Positions 1 to 15,071 of a DNA stretch of 64,000 nt are shown piece after piece. The notes beneath the pieces are model-generated. The model ran no database searches. It was not told where the DNA came from and saw nothing but the letters and a program-made list of their open reading frames with translations. The stretch spans positions 4,320,001 through 4,384,000 of the forward strand of contig OZ245842.1 of NCBI GenBank assembly GCA_965228895.1. Direction: 5' to 3'. The position numbers and the translations under genes are program-made. This stretch comes from Alphaproteobacteria bacterium (GTDB lineage Bacteria; Pseudomonadota; Alphaproteobacteria; SP197). Position 1 is the first letter of the stretch. Every line of letters begins with the position of its first letter.

Positions 1-1292
1 TCGGCGAACTTGACCACCATGTCGTCGAAGCCGAAGTCGCGGTAGATCGACGCGAGAAGCTCGCAAAAGCGAATCGTCTCCGCGGTGATTTGCTCTTCGG
101 TACAAAAGATATGGGCATCGTCTTGGGTAAATGCACGCACCCGCATCAGACCGTGCAGCGCGCCTGAGGGTTCATAGCGCAGGCACGAACCGAACTCCGC
201 CATCCTGAGCGGCAGATCGCGATAGCTCTTGACGCCCTGGCGGAAGATCTGCACGTGACATGGACAGTTCATGGGCTTCATAGCCCAAACACGATCGTCC
301 TCGGTCTGCGCCGTGAACATGTGGTCACGGAACTTTTCCCAATGGCCGGACGCTTCCCACAGGCTGCGGTCGACCATCTGGGGCGTGTTGACCTCTTCGT
401 AACCTTCGGCGTCAAGACGACGCTGCACATAGTCACGGGCGTTGCGGTAGAGCCGCCAGCCCTTGGCATGCCAGAACACCGAGCCGACCGCTTCGTCCTG
501 GATGTGGAACAGGTCCATCTCGCGCCCGAGCCGGCGGTGGTCGCGCTTCTCGGCTTCTTCCAGGCGATGCAGATAGGCCTTCAGCTCGTCCTTGTTGCGC
601 CAAGCCGTGCCATAGACACGCTGCAGCATCTCGTTGCGGCTATCGCCGCGCCAATAGGCGCCGGCCAGTTTCATCAGCTTGAACGCCTTGGGCAACTTGC
701 CGGTCGACGGCAGATGCGGTCCGCGGCACAGATCGGTGAACCCGCCCTGGGTGTAAATCGAAATCACCTCGTCGTCGGGCAGGTCGCGGATGATCTCGGC
801 CTTGTACGCTTCGCCGATCGACTCGAAGTAGGCGATCGCCTTGTCGCGGTCCCAGACCTCGCGCTCGATCGGCTCGTCGCGCCCGACGATCTCGGCCATG
901 CGCTTCTCCATGGCCTCAAGGTCTTCCGGCGTGAACGGTTTCTCCCGTGCAAAGTCGTAATAGAAACCGTCTTCGATGACAGGGCCGATGGTGACCTGGC
1001 AATCGGGGAACAGTTCCTTGGCCGCTTCGGCCAAAACATGGGCGGCGTCGTGACGGATCAGTTCCAACCCGTCGTCGTCCTTGGCGGTGATCAAGGCGAC
1101 CTCGGCGTCGTGGTCGATCGGCGTTTTCAGGTCGATCAAGTTGCCGTCGACGCGAATGGCGAGCGCGGCCTTGGCGAGGCCCGGCCCGATGGATTCGGCG
1201 ATCTCCAGACCGGTGGTCGGCGCGCCATAACGGCGCTCGGAACCATCGGGCAATGTGATCGCGACTTCCGCCGCCTGGGCCTCAGCACTCAT
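1..1292 (-). CDS. thrS: Threonine--tRNA ligase (partial, runs off the window start)
   Basis: Manual minus-strand translation from ATG 1292: [18 protein letters not shown] (TGS domain), [55 protein letters not shown]. Missing from the ORF track because there is no stop in the window. Confidence 0.97.
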   Translation of the reverse strand, partial: MSAEAQAAEVAITLPDGSERRYGAPTTGLEIAESIGPGLAKAALAIRVDGNLIDLKTPIDHDAEVALITAKDDDGLELIRHDAAHVLAEAAKELFPDCQVTIGPVIEDGFYYDFAREKPFTPEDLEAMEKRMAEIVGRDEPIEREVWDRDKAIAYFESIGEAYKAEIIRDLPDDEVISIYTQGGFTDLCRGPHLPSTGKLPKAFKLMKLAGAYWRGDSRNEMLQRVYGTAWRNKDELKAYLHRLEEAEKRDHRRLGREMDLFHIQDEAVGSVFWHAKGWRLYRNARDYVQRRLDAEGYEEVNTPQMVDRSLWEASGHWEKFRDHMFTAQTEDDRVWAMKPMNCPCHVQIFRQGVKSYRDLPLRMAEFGSCLRYEPSGALHGLMRVRAFTQDDAHIFCTEEQITAETIRFCELLASIYRDFGFDDMVVKFA

Positions 1293-1369
1293 CGTCGGTG
1301 CGACTCCGTGATTTCATTAGGTTTTTGTTGTCGGGAACTTGCCGCAACGTAGTGCGAATCGCCCGCCTG

Positions 1370-2293
1370 TCAAGCCACAGCGGGCGTGACGGCGATTACC
1401 TCTTCAACCGTTAAGTCGCCCAATCGGTCACGTTGCAGGATCGTGACGTCCGGGCCGCGCGGTGCCGTCAACGCCGGATCGGATGCCGCAGAGAAGAGAA
1501 CGACCGAAGGTGCGCCGGCCGTCGCCAGAAGATGCATCGGACCGGTGTCGTTGCCGATGACGCAGCGCGCCCGTCGCCCAATGGCGGCAATCTGCTCGAA
1601 CGTTGTGCGCCCACAAAGGTTGATCGCTTGCGGACAGGCCGTCGCGATCTCGTGCAAGACATCCGCTTCCGCGTTTGACCCCAGCAAAACGGGCACATCG
1701 CCGCGCTCGGCCAGATGCCGGGCAAGCTCGCCATAGGATGTCGCCGGCCAACGTTTATCGGGTCGGTGCGGCGCGCTGCCGGGCACCAGAACGGCGAACC
1801 TGTCCGGCAGACCGAGGTCGCCGAGATCCGCGTCAATCATCGAAAGATCGGGTGCCGGTATGGACTCGATGCCGGCAACGGCGAGTTGATCGGCCTGACG
1901 TTCGACCGTGTGCATGGCGTCGCGGTCTGGACGGTTCTGGCGGTGAGACGCGCCGATCGCAATGCCCGACCATTCCGGCTTCGGGTCGTTGAACAGGCGA
2001 AAATAGGAGCTGGAACGATCGGATGTCTGGAGGTCGTAGACGCGCCGGAACCGTCCGCCGCGCAAGCGCCGCTTCAGCGCGGCAATGCGGCCGAGCTGCC
2101 ATAGGCGCGGGCGCTGATCGAGCCAGACCTCGTCGAACCAGCCGCCCGCTTTCGCCAGACCTTTGTAAGGTGCGGTGGTCAACAGCACGATGTGGGCGTC
2201 CTTGTGCGCCTCGCGGATCGCCTGAAACGGGCCGGTCGACAAGACAAAATCGCCGAGCGCGCCAAGGCGGATGACGAGGATGGTCTCGCTCAA
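1370..2293 (-). CDS. Glycosyltransferase family 9 (heptosyltransferase-like)
   Basis: ILVIRLGALGDFV, VYDLQTSDRS, KRWP and IGNDTGPMHL are GT9 motifs. Start taken as TTG at 2293, overlapping the upstream stop (TTGA). Confidence 0.88.
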   Translation of the reverse strand: MSETILVIRLGALGDFVLSTGPFQAIREAHKDAHIVLLTTAPYKGLAKAGGWFDEVWLDQRPRLWQLGRIAALKRRLRGGRFRRVYDLQTSDRSSSYFRLFNDPKPEWSGIAIGASHRQNRPDRDAMHTVERQADQLAVAGIESIPAPDLSMIDADLGDLGLPDRFAVLVPGSAPHRPDKRWPATSYGELARHLAERGDVPVLLGSNAEADVLHEIATACPQAINLCGRTTFEQIAAIGRRARCVIGNDTGPMHLLATAGAPSVVLFSAASDPALTAPRGPDVTILQRDRLGDLTVEEVIAVTPAVA

Positions 2294-3471
2294 GGCCAAT
2301 CGATCAGCTCGCGATACACCGCGAGCGTGTCCGCGCACATGCGCGGCTTGGTGAAGTGCTCGGCGACCCGGGCGCGCGCCAGGGCCGACAGCCGCGCGCG
2401 GGCGTCGACACCCAGTTCCAGGGCGCTCATGATGCCGTCGGCCAGCGCCGTCGCATCATCCGGCGGCACAAGCCAGCCTGTCACACCGGGGTCGACGGTT
2501 TCGACGGCGCCGCCATGGCCGGTCGCCACAACAGGAACGCCCATCGCCTGACCTTCGACCGCGACGCGGCCAAAACCTTCCGGTTCGATCGAGGCCGATA
2601 CCACGACATCGGCCAGGCGATAGGCCGCCGCCATGTCCGTGCAGACGTCGATCAGAACAACCGTCGACGCCAGCCCGAGGGACTGGATCTTCTGCTCCAG
2701 CTCGCGATAGAGGCCCTCGCGGCCCGATCCGACGCCGACCATCAGGCAAATGACATCGTGCTCGGCCAACTGCGCCATGGCATCGACCATCACCATCTGG
2801 CCTTTCCAGCGGGCCAGGCGCCCGGGCAGCATGACGACGGGCTTGCCGTCGGGCAGGTTCCAGCGCGCCGCCAGGTTGGCGACACGGTCGGGCGACACGG
2901 CGGCCGGATCGAAATCGACGATATCGATGCCGCGCGGCACCACCCGCAGGCGATCATCGCCGATGCCATAGTTGTCGCGCACGTGTTGGCCGATGAACTC
3001 GGATATCGCGATGACCCTGTCGCCTTTGGTCATCACCGCGTTGTAGCGTTTCTTCAAGCCGTTCGAATAGTTGTAGGGCGCGTGGAAGGTGGTCACAAAC
3101 GGGCAGCCGACACGCTGCGTCGCGTGATAGGCGGACCAGGCCGGCGCGCGCGATCGCGCGTGAACCAGATCAACGCCCTCGGTGCGGATCAACTGGGCCA
3201 GCTTGCGCGCGTTGCGGCGGATGACCAGCGGGTTCTTGCTGGCGACCGGCAGGGTGATGAGCTCGGCCTTGGTGCGCAACAGGTTGGGCGCCAACTCGCC
3301 GCCGGCCGAGGCGACAAGAGCCCGGCCACCGACCTCGATCACCGCGCGCGCCATATCGATCGTCGCCCGCTCGGCGCCGCCGATCGCAAGCTCCGGCACG
3401 ACCTGAAGGATCACCGGACGGCGCTGTTCGGCGGATGCCTCGTCGGTGTTAGGATCGGCTTCATCGTTCAT
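2290..3471 (-). CDS. Glycosyltransferase family 4
   Basis: ILQVVPELAIGGAER, VHARSRAPAWS, LPGRLARWKGQ, PEGFGRVAVEGQAMG. Start ATG 3471; the longer N-terminus in the ORF track is the antisense shadow of the next gene. Confidence 0.92.
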   Translation of the reverse strand: MNDEADPNTDEASAEQRRPVILQVVPELAIGGAERATIDMARAVIEVGGRALVASAGGELAPNLLRTKAELITLPVASKNPLVIRRNARKLAQLIRTEGVDLVHARSRAPAWSAYHATQRVGCPFVTTFHAPYNYSNGLKKRYNAVMTKGDRVIAISEFIGQHVRDNYGIGDDRLRVVPRGIDIVDFDPAAVSPDRVANLAARWNLPDGKPVVMLPGRLARWKGQMVMVDAMAQLAEHDVICLMVGVGSGREGLYRELEQKIQSLGLASTVVLIDVCTDMAAAYRLADVVVSASIEPEGFGRVAVEGQAMGVPVVATGHGGAVETVDPGVTGWLVPPDDATALADGIMSALELGVDARARLSALARARVAEHFTKPRMCADTLAVYRELIDWP

Positions 3472-3489
3472 GGCGGCGGAACCTAGCGC

Positions 3490-4239
3490 ATGTATGACGG
3501 GGAAACGACACCACAATGGCTCGACCGGGCCGACGGCGCGCGAATTGCGTATCACAAGCGCGACGGCGACGGTCCGGGGATCGTTTTCCTGGGCGGATAC
3601 GCCTCCGACATGACGGGAACCAAGGCCAGTTTCCTGGATGACTGGTGCCGCGCCAGAGACCGCGCCTTCCTGCGGTTTGATTACCAAGGACACGGCCAAT
3701 CCAGCGGCGCCTTTGCCGACGGCACCATCGGCCTGTGGGCCGACGACGCGCTGGCCGCTTTCGACAACCTGACCGAAGGCCCGCAGATCGTCATCGGCTC
3801 CAGCATGGGCGGGTGGATCATGCTGATTCTGGCCCTGGCGCGTCCCAAACGGATCGCCGGGCTGATCGGTATCGCGGCGGCCCCCGACTTCAGCCAGGAC
3901 CTTTGGTTGGGCCTGAGCGAGGAACAGCGCGAGACGGTTCACCGCGACGGCGCCATCGAACTCAGCGACGACGGTCAGCCTTATCAGGTCACCCGCGCCT
4001 TCTTCGACGACGGCCGGCAGCACCTGATGCTGCGCGCACCGCTTGCCATCACCTGCCCGGTGCGCCTGTTGCAGGGTATGCAGGACACCGCCGTGCCCTG
4101 GTCGACGGCGGTGACACTTGCCGATCGGCTCGAGGGCACCGACATTGCCCTGACGATGATCAAGGATGGCGATCACCGTCTGTCGCGTGATCAGGACCTC
4201 GCCCGGCTCGGCGCGGCGATCGATGAACTCACGCTCTAG
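3490..4239 (+). CDS. Alpha/beta hydrolase
   Basis: RFDYQGHGQS, nucleophile elbow GSSMGG, LLQGMQDTAVP and DGDHRLSR give a Ser-Asp-His triad pattern. Confidence 0.9.
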   Translation: MYDGETTPQWLDRADGARIAYHKRDGDGPGIVFLGGYASDMTGTKASFLDDWCRARDRAFLRFDYQGHGQSSGAFADGTIGLWADDALAAFDNLTEGPQIVIGSSMGGWIMLILALARPKRIAGLIGIAAAPDFSQDLWLGLSEEQRETVHRDGAIELSDDGQPYQVTRAFFDDGRQHLMLRAPLAITCPVRLLQGMQDTAVPWSTAVTLADRLEGTDIALTMIKDGDHRLSRDQDLARLGAAIDELTL

Positions 4240-6714
4240 ATGACCGTGCTCGTGCTGCCATTGCTCCGGAGACGCGGCCAGACCCTCGCGGCGATTCTTG
4301 CCGTGGTGCTGTTTATCGCGTTCGGCAGCCGCATGGCGTTGGCAGAGGACAGCGTCAGCCAACGTGCGACTTTCGACCTAAGCGCCTCCTGGAGCCTCAC
4401 GCTGAACGCCGCGGAAGCTTACATCAATCAGAGCGGCACCACGCCCGAAGAAACGACCTACTTTCTAGAGCAGGCACGACGCGTCGATAAGGAAGTCGAC
4501 ATCGTCACGGCGAACGCCCAAGCGAGGATCGAGCAGATTGACGAGCTCTTGGCGACGATCAACGACGAGCGCCGGGGATCTGCCGGTGACCAGAGCCTGA
4601 TTGACCAGGCGCGCGCCGACCTGGAGCTTGAGCGTTCAGACCGTCTCAACCGGTTGGCGATCGCAGCCATCATGAACGACCGCACGGAAGGCATCATTCA
4701 TGAGCTGGCAAGCGATGAATGGCTGGCATCCGGACTTTGGACACGGTCGACGTTCTCGCCGTCATTGACGACATTCACACAAGCCGTCCCGTCCGCCGGC
4801 TCCATCGTTGCCAGCATCTTGCGCTCGCCGTTGATCTGGATTGCCGAGGTAGACGAGCAACCAGTGGCGGGAGAACAGACGATTTTGGGCCTGCTCGGCC
4901 TGATCGTCACACTGGGGCTGGGATGGGTCGCGCGATACTACATTCTTAAGCGGTTCGGCCGCGATCCCGCGATCAGCGAGCCCAGCTATTCGCGCCGCTT
5001 CATCGCAGCACTGGCGGTCGGCTTTGCCGGCGGCATCATACCGGCGTTCGTTGTCGGCCTGTTTCTCTATGATCTCTCCAGAACCCAGGCGTTTCTGACC
5101 GGCGACTTTGCCGCCGCGCTGCAAGGCGCCGGTTATGCCGTGACGTTTCTGTTCCTGGCCTTCGCCCTGATCAGGGGCGCTCTTTCGCCTGAACTGACGA
5201 CGTGGAAGATCACCGCGCTGACACCCGATTCCGCACGCCGGTTGAGTTGGCGGTGCAAATTGCTGGCGGTCGTCATCGCGATCGACATCTTTTTTACCAT
5301 TGCCGGCAACGCAAGCAGTGTCAGCCCCGCGCTGCGCGCCGTGGAAACGTTCATCACGACGGTCGTCGAGGGCCTGATCCTGCTGTCGCTTGCCTCGCCA
5401 AGTGTTTGGCAGCGCGAGGCATCGGAGGGCCAGACCGGCGCCATCGAAGGCGATCGCGGTGTCATCTCCCACCGCATGTGGGTCTGGATACGCCGCGCGA
5501 CGGCGCTGATCGTCATCCTGGGGCTTGCGAGTTCCATTCTCGGCTACATCGAGCTTGGCGCCTTCCTGGTCAAGAACATGCTGTCGACGGCTATCGTCAT
5601 CGCGATCATGTTCCTGTTGCGCGAAGTCCTGCGTGAAACGATCGGTCTTATCACCCGTTCCTACCTGATGCGCGAGAGACTGCGCGCCAGCCATCGCGCC
5701 CGACGCACGCTCAAGTTCTGGCTACGGTTGATCCTGGATCCGCTGATGGTTGTCCTGGTCCTGCTTATCCTGGCCAACGTTTGGGGCGTGCCGTTCAACC
5801 GGCTCGCCGCCTGGACCGGGGAAGCGCTGGAAGGTTTCAATGTCGGCAACGTACAGATCTCGTTGATCGACGTTGCGCTGGGCATAGCCACTTTCGTCGT
5901 GATCATCGTCGTCGTGCGCCTGATCCAGACCGTACTGCAGGACCACATCCTGCCCGAAAGCGGCTGGGACGAAGGCACGCAACACTCGGTCCTGTCGGTC
6001 CTCAGCTATGTCGGCTTCACCCTGGCGACGGTACTGGGCATTGCCGTCATCGGCGTCGACATGACGACCATCGGTCTGATCGCAGGTGGCCTATCCATCG
6101 GTATCGGGCTGGGTCTGCAAGGCATCGTCAACAACTTCATCTCCGGCATCATTCTCTTGATCGAACGGCCGGTAAAGGTCGGCGATTGGGTCATCGTCGG
6201 CCTGCACGAAGGTTTCGTGAAGCGGGTCAACATCCGTGCCACCGAGATCGAAACCTGGCAGCGGGCCAGCGTTATCGTGCCGAACGCCGAGCTGCTGAAC
6301 ACATCGGTCACCAACTGGACCCACCATGACCGCATGGGCCGCTTGGAGATCAGGCTTCGTGTGCCGCGTGGCACCGATGTCGATCTGGTGCAGGAAATCA
6401 TGCTGGACTGCGCCCAGAAACATGCCAGCGTCTCGTCGTGGCCGGAACCGTCGGCACTGTTCATGGATTTCGGCGAGAACGGTCTGGATTTCGAGCTGCG
6501 CTGTTTCACATCCGACAACGTGTGGGTCTACTTCATCGGCAGCGATCTGCGCTTCGCCATCAACCGTCGTCTGCGCGAGGAAGGTATCGAGATGGCCTTG
6601 CCGCAGCGTGTCATCCATATGGCCGAGGACGAACCGTCACCAAGGCCGCCGCGCGACAAGACCGATGACGACGCAGAGGCAGGTCAACCTGACAAGACTA
6701 GCCCCGCAACGTAG
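4240..6714 (+). CDS. Large MscS-family mechanosensitive channel (MscK/MscM-like)
   Basis: Signal-like N-terminus, helical periplasmic region, many TM helices, and C-terminal MscS core GLSIGIGLGLQGIVNNFISGIILLIERPVKVGDW...VPNAELLNTSVTNWT. Confidence 0.9.
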   Translation: MTVLVLPLLRRRGQTLAAILAVVLFIAFGSRMALAEDSVSQRATFDLSASWSLTLNAAEAYINQSGTTPEETTYFLEQARRVDKEVDIVTANAQARIEQIDELLATINDERRGSAGDQSLIDQARADLELERSDRLNRLAIAAIMNDRTEGIIHELASDEWLASGLWTRSTFSPSLTTFTQAVPSAGSIVASILRSPLIWIAEVDEQPVAGEQTILGLLGLIVTLGLGWVARYYILKRFGRDPAISEPSYSRRFIAALAVGFAGGIIPAFVVGLFLYDLSRTQAFLTGDFAAALQGAGYAVTFLFLAFALIRGALSPELTTWKITALTPDSARRLSWRCKLLAVVIAIDIFFTIAGNASSVSPALRAVETFITTVVEGLILLSLASPSVWQREASEGQTGAIEGDRGVISHRMWVWIRRATALIVILGLASSILGYIELGAFLVKNMLSTAIVIAIMFLLREVLRETIGLITRSYLMRERLRASHRARRTLKFWLRLILDPLMVVLVLLILANVWGVPFNRLAAWTGEALEGFNVGNVQISLIDVALGIATFVVIIVVVRLIQTVLQDHILPESGWDEGTQHSVLSVLSYVGFTLATVLGIAVIGVDMTTIGLIAGGLSIGIGLGLQGIVNNFISGIILLIERPVKVGDWVIVGLHEGFVKRVNIRATEIETWQRASVIVPNAELLNTSVTNWTHHDRMGRLEIRLRVPRGTDVDLVQEIMLDCAQKHASVSSWPEPSALFMDFGENGLDFELRCFTSDNVWVYFIGSDLRFAINRRLREEGIEMALPQRVIHMAEDEPSPRPPRDKTDDDAEAGQPDKTSPAT

Positions 6715-7602
6715 TTAATTGGTCTCGCTGCCCGACGCCATCGCAGCGGCGTCCGCCGCAATGCCCTCGCGATAGCTTGGATAGTGAAGCCGGACGCCGA
6801 GCTCGTCCTTGATTCGGCGGTTATCGACCCGCTTGTTGTCGCGATAGAAGCTCTTCGCCATATCCGAAAGCTCGGACTCGTCGAACGGGATCTCAGGCGG
6901 CGGTTCGATGCCGAGCAGATTGCAGACAAAAGCGACAACCTTGTCGGGCGCTTCCGCCTCGTCATCGCAGACATTGTAGATTCGTCCCGGGTGAACCTGC
7001 GCCATCGACGCGCGCAGCACCTGAACGATGTCGTCGACATGAATGCGCGAGAAGACCTGACCCGGTTTGACGACACGCTTGGCTCGGCCCGATTGCACCT
7101 GGCGCAAAACGCCGCGGTCCGGCCCGTAGATTCCGGCGAGTCGGAAGATGTGGACGGGCATGCCGTAGCGTTCGGCCATCATCAGCCACATCTCTTCGGC
7201 CTCCGCACGGCGGCGGCTTCGGTCCATGGTCGGCGCGGCCGGTGTCTCCTCATCCACCCAGCCGCCGTCATGGTCACCATAAACACCGGTCGTCGACAGA
7301 TAACCCGCCCAAACGAGGTCCTCGAGCACGGCAAGGTCGCCACCGTGCCAGAAAACCGGTGGCGCCGGCATGTCCGGTTGGGGCGGGATCGAATCCAGCA
7401 GATGGGTGGTGCCTGCCAATGCCTTCTGCGCGTTCTCCATGGCCGCTGTCGCGTCGAAGACGTGGGTCTCGATACCCTCGCCCTTCAGCGCCGCCTGTTT
7501 GTCCGCAGAACGCACCGTACCGGCAACCGTCCAGCCTTCCGCTTTGAGCGCTCGGGCGAGTGCAAGAGCGCTAAAGCCCAGACCAAAACAGAAAAGCTTC
7601 AT
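6715..7602 (-). CDS. Atypical SDR / NAD-dependent epimerase-dehydratase family
   Basis: [12 protein letters not shown] Rossmann start, [31 protein letters not shown] at 7602. Confidence 0.88.
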   Translation of the reverse strand: MKLFCFGLGFSALALARALKAEGWTVAGTVRSADKQAALKGEGIETHVFDATAAMENAQKALAGTTHLLDSIPPQPDMPAPPVFWHGGDLAVLEDLVWAGYLSTTGVYGDHDGGWVDEETPAAPTMDRSRRRAEAEEMWLMMAERYGMPVHIFRLAGIYGPDRGVLRQVQSGRAKRVVKPGQVFSRIHVDDIVQVLRASMAQVHPGRIYNVCDDEAEAPDKVVAFVCNLLGIEPPPEIPFDESELSDMAKSFYRDNKRVDNRRIKDELGVRLHYPSYREGIAADAAAMASGSETN

Positions 7603-8732
7603 AAAGCAGCGTCCTTCCAATCGGGGTTTTGCCATTCGCTTCGAACATCGGCGTCGTCTTCGTCCGGCAAGTGCCGTGTACGCATGGCGTCGAACCGATC
7701 GGCCGGCACCAGCCGGGCCAGTGCCCAAACCGCCATCGCGCGCACCAAGGCGGACGCATCGTCGAGACGCGCAGCCGCGACATCGGCCAGCGCCACATCA
7801 CCGCTGTTGCCGATCGCGATTAGCACGTTGCGCACAAAGCGGTCCCGCCCCGTCCGCTTGATAGGCGAGCCACTGAACAACGCGCGAAAGGTTGTGTCAT
7901 CGAGGTCGGCCAAATCGGCCAAGCGTGGCGCGGTCAGTTCGACGCGCGGCAGGAACGCCGGTTCGCGTGTGGCGGCGGCAAACTTGTTCCATGGGCAGAC
8001 CGCCAGACAATCGTCGCAGCCGTAGATCCGGTTGCCCATGGGCGCGCGAAACTCACGCGCGATGTGGCCCTTGTGCTCGATCGTCAGGTAGGAAAGGCAG
8101 CGCCGCGCGTCCAGGCGGTAAGGCGCCGGGAATGCGTTGGTCGGGCAGACATCCAGGCAGGCGCGACAGGAACCGCAGTGATCGGCCTCTGGTTCGTCGG
8201 GATCGAGTTCCAGCGTCGTGAAGATCTCGCCCAGAAACAACCAGGAGCCGAACGCTCGCGACACAAGGTTGGTGTGCTTGCCCTGCCAGCCAACCGGCGT
8301 ACGCGCGGCCAGCGGCTTTTCCATCACCGGCGCGGTATCGACGAATACCTTGACCTCGCAGCCCGTCTCGTCGACCACGCGGCGCGCCACCGCCTTCAGG
8401 CGTTTCTTCATGACATCGTGATAGTCGCGGCCCTGGGCATAGACCGAGATCACGGCGCGGTCGCGACGGTCGAGCCGCGCCATCGGGTCGATGTCTGGCC
8501 CGTAGTTGGCGCCAACGACCAATACGCTGCGGACCGACGGCCATAGAGTCGTCGGCGCGGCGCGCTCGTCTATACGACGTTCCAGCCAATCCATATCGCC
8601 GGCATAACCGGCCGAAAGGAAAGCATCCAGATGGGCGCGGCCGACCGCTTTCGGTGTGGTGATGCCGGCCGTGTCGAACCCGGCCTCGCGGGCATAGTGA
8701 AGAAGGCTGTTCCGGCGCGCCTCGGCGTCCAT
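7599..8732 (-). CDS. queG: tRNA epoxyqueuosine(34) reductase
   Basis: [57 protein letters not shown], and a C-terminal HEAT-like repeat. Confidence 0.96.
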   Translation of the reverse strand: MDAEARRNSLLHYAREAGFDTAGITTPKAVGRAHLDAFLSAGYAGDMDWLERRIDERAAPTTLWPSVRSVLVVGANYGPDIDPMARLDRRDRAVISVYAQGRDYHDVMKKRLKAVARRVVDETGCEVKVFVDTAPVMEKPLAARTPVGWQGKHTNLVSRAFGSWLFLGEIFTTLELDPDEPEADHCGSCRACLDVCPTNAFPAPYRLDARRCLSYLTIEHKGHIAREFRAPMGNRIYGCDDCLAVCPWNKFAAATREPAFLPRVELTAPRLADLADLDDTTFRALFSGSPIKRTGRDRFVRNVLIAIGNSGDVALADVAAARLDDASALVRAMAVWALARLVPADRFDAMRTRHLPDEDDADVRSEWQNPDWKDAAL

Positions 8733-9400
8733 CAAAAGTCGAGGTCGTCGTAGTGCGACGATGGCCTGAGGCCCGGGATGCGGTCCTCCAGCAGCGGTTG
8801 GAACGAAGGCCTCGACTTGACCCGGGCATACCAGTCGCGCGCGGCGTCCTGATGGGACCACGGCACGTCACCAATGTAGTCGATCGACGAAAGCTGGGCT
8901 GCCGCCGCCACGTCGGCCATGGAGAAGCGTTCGCCGGCCAGCCATGCCCGGCGCTCGGTCAGATAGGCGATGTAGTCCAGGTGAACGCGGATGTTGGCGA
9001 GCCCGGCGCGCACGATGGCGGAGTCCGGCTCGCCGCGGCCCAGAAAGCGTTTCATAACCTTCTCGCCGAACACGTTCCGGGTTGCTTCCTGATAGAACTT
9101 GTCGTCGAACCAGGCGATCAACCGGCGGGTCTCCGCCCGCTCGGCCGGCGTCGCGCCCAAGAGGTCGGGCTGCGGCTGAACCTCCTGGAGGTACTCGGCA
9201 ATCGCACCGCTGTCGACAATAGCCGTGTCGTCAGCCTCGACCAGGACGGGCACACAGCCGGCAGGGTTCAGGCTCAAGAATTCGTCACGCCGCTCCCAGA
9301 CGTTTTCGCCGCGCAGTTCGAACGGCAGCCCTTTTTCTTTCAGGGTGATGCGGACCTTGCGGCAAAATGGCGAGAGCGGCATGTGATAGAGAATGCGCAT
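8732..9400 (-). CDS. fzlA: GST-family protein, probable FtsZ-binding protein FzlA
   Basis: GST fold ([25 protein letters not shown]) with C-terminal HYDDLDF tail; adjacent to queG as recalled for alphaproteobacterial fzlA. Confidence 0.78.
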   Translation of the reverse strand: MRILYHMPLSPFCRKVRITLKEKGLPFELRGENVWERRDEFLSLNPAGCVPVLVEADDTAIVDSGAIAEYLQEVQPQPDLLGATPAERAETRRLIAWFDDKFYQEATRNVFGEKVMKRFLGRGEPDSAIVRAGLANIRVHLDYIAYLTERRAWLAGERFSMADVAAAAQLSSIDYIGDVPWSHQDAARDWYARVKSRPSFQPLLEDRIPGLRPSSHYDDLDF

Positions 9401-9530
9401 GCCGCGAAGCTACTTGATGGCGCCGGTGGCGCAAAGGGAGAGATTGGACGCAGGCGATCAAACGTCGTTTGACCGGTCGTCTTGAGGCGTCGGCGGAGTT
9501 TGCGTCCACCCTCGTGGCGGATCGGAAGGG

Positions 9531-10232
9531 CTAAGCCAGGAAATCCGATTCCGGCGTGTTGACGGACAGATCGATGTATTCGACGTACTGGCCGGGCGGC
9601 ACGCGCTTCAGACTGTCATGGGTGACGCACGCCTCGACCAAGGCCTGGACCGGCCCCCGGCTGCCTTTCTTTCGCTCGATGTGGATGGCGGAAGCGCCAC
9701 CGGCGGCAAGCGGGAAAACATCCGCGCAACCGCTCGGTCGCACGGCGAGGTCGTAACCCAGGGCGATCTGATCTTCTGAGAGCAGTTCGAAACGATCGTG
9801 CGCATGGCGACCACGCGCCGACACGATCCAGTTGCTGGTCTCGTCAGGCAGAATGAGGTTCATGGTCGCGAAACACGTTGCCGACGGCCCACTGCCCCAG
9901 TCGACGCCCTCGGGCACGGTAAGGGACAGGCACATCGCGATGGCGCCGGGCAACGAAACACAATCGACCGGCACCGGCGCCAAGGTCAGATGTACATTGT
10001 GCGTCAACGGTTCGGTGTCCTTGCGGGACGTCGCGACCTCGGCGAGTTCCATGTCGGAGAGGCAACCGCGCCGGACCAGAATGGAGGCCAGGCGTCCGCC
10101 ATTGGCGGCCTGGGTTTGTAGCGCGTCAAACAGCTGATGATCGTTGATCAGACCGTATTCCTGCAGCATCCGGCCCAACCGAATATCGGTAGCCTGGATG
10201 GTTGCGCCCGCGCCAGCTGTGCTAATCGCCAT
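9531..10232 (-). CDS. Hypothetical protein with N-terminal MshEN (c-di-GMP-binding) tandem motif
   Basis: aa18-41 RLGRMLQEYGLINDHQLFDALQTQ, 5-aa linker, then RLASILVRRGCLSDMELAEVATSR. Strong SD (GAGGTGAGGGG) upstream. Confidence 0.75.
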   Translation of the reverse strand: MAISTAGAGATIQATDIRLGRMLQEYGLINDHQLFDALQTQAANGGRLASILVRRGCLSDMELAEVATSRKDTEPLTHNVHLTLAPVPVDCVSLPGAIAMCLSLTVPEGVDWGSGPSATCFATMNLILPDETSNWIVSARGRHAHDRFELLSEDQIALGYDLAVRPSGCADVFPLAAGGASAIHIERKKGSRGPVQALVEACVTHDSLKRVPPGQYVEYIDLSVNTPESDFLA

Positions 10233-10392
10233 GTCAGCCCCTCACCTCACGACATCCACGAACGATCAAAAGGATCACCCGTACTACCCATTTTAGTTAG
10301 GACAAATGGATATTCCTGTGACGCCGCGCACAGATCAGCGGCCTGGCAGGGCTGTGGCGGTGGATAACCGGTGGGCGTGTGACGGCCGCGGG

Positions 10393-10528
10393 CTAGAGCA
10401 GATCCTGTTTTGATGGATTCGCTTCGCGATGACATCAAGACAGGTGAATCTGCTCTACTCATCGACAAAGAGCGGATTCACATGGTTGGATGGAACCGTT
10501 AAGCGGTTCCATCCAACCATGATCCGCT

Positions 10529-10532
<4 letters not shown>
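10393..10532. repeat. 140-bp double-hairpin palindromic element (RIME/CIR/MITE-like)
   Basis: Ends CTAGAGCAGATC...GATCCGCTCTAG form an inverted repeat with 1 mismatch. Hairpin 1 spans 10394-10457; hairpin 2 spans 10469-10530 and contains a perfect 18-bp stem. Confidence 0.85.
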
Positions 10533-15061
<4,529 letters not shown>

Positions 15062-15071
15062 GGCATCCCCC

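Noticed and set aside
255-1352. 365-aa plus-strand ORF
   Set aside because: Antisense shadow of thrS, whose motifs are clear on the minus strand.
3472-4362. N-terminal extension making the GT4 ORF 690 aa (apparent fusion)
   Set aside because: It is the antisense of the alpha/beta hydrolase; GT4 similarity starts after ATG 3471.
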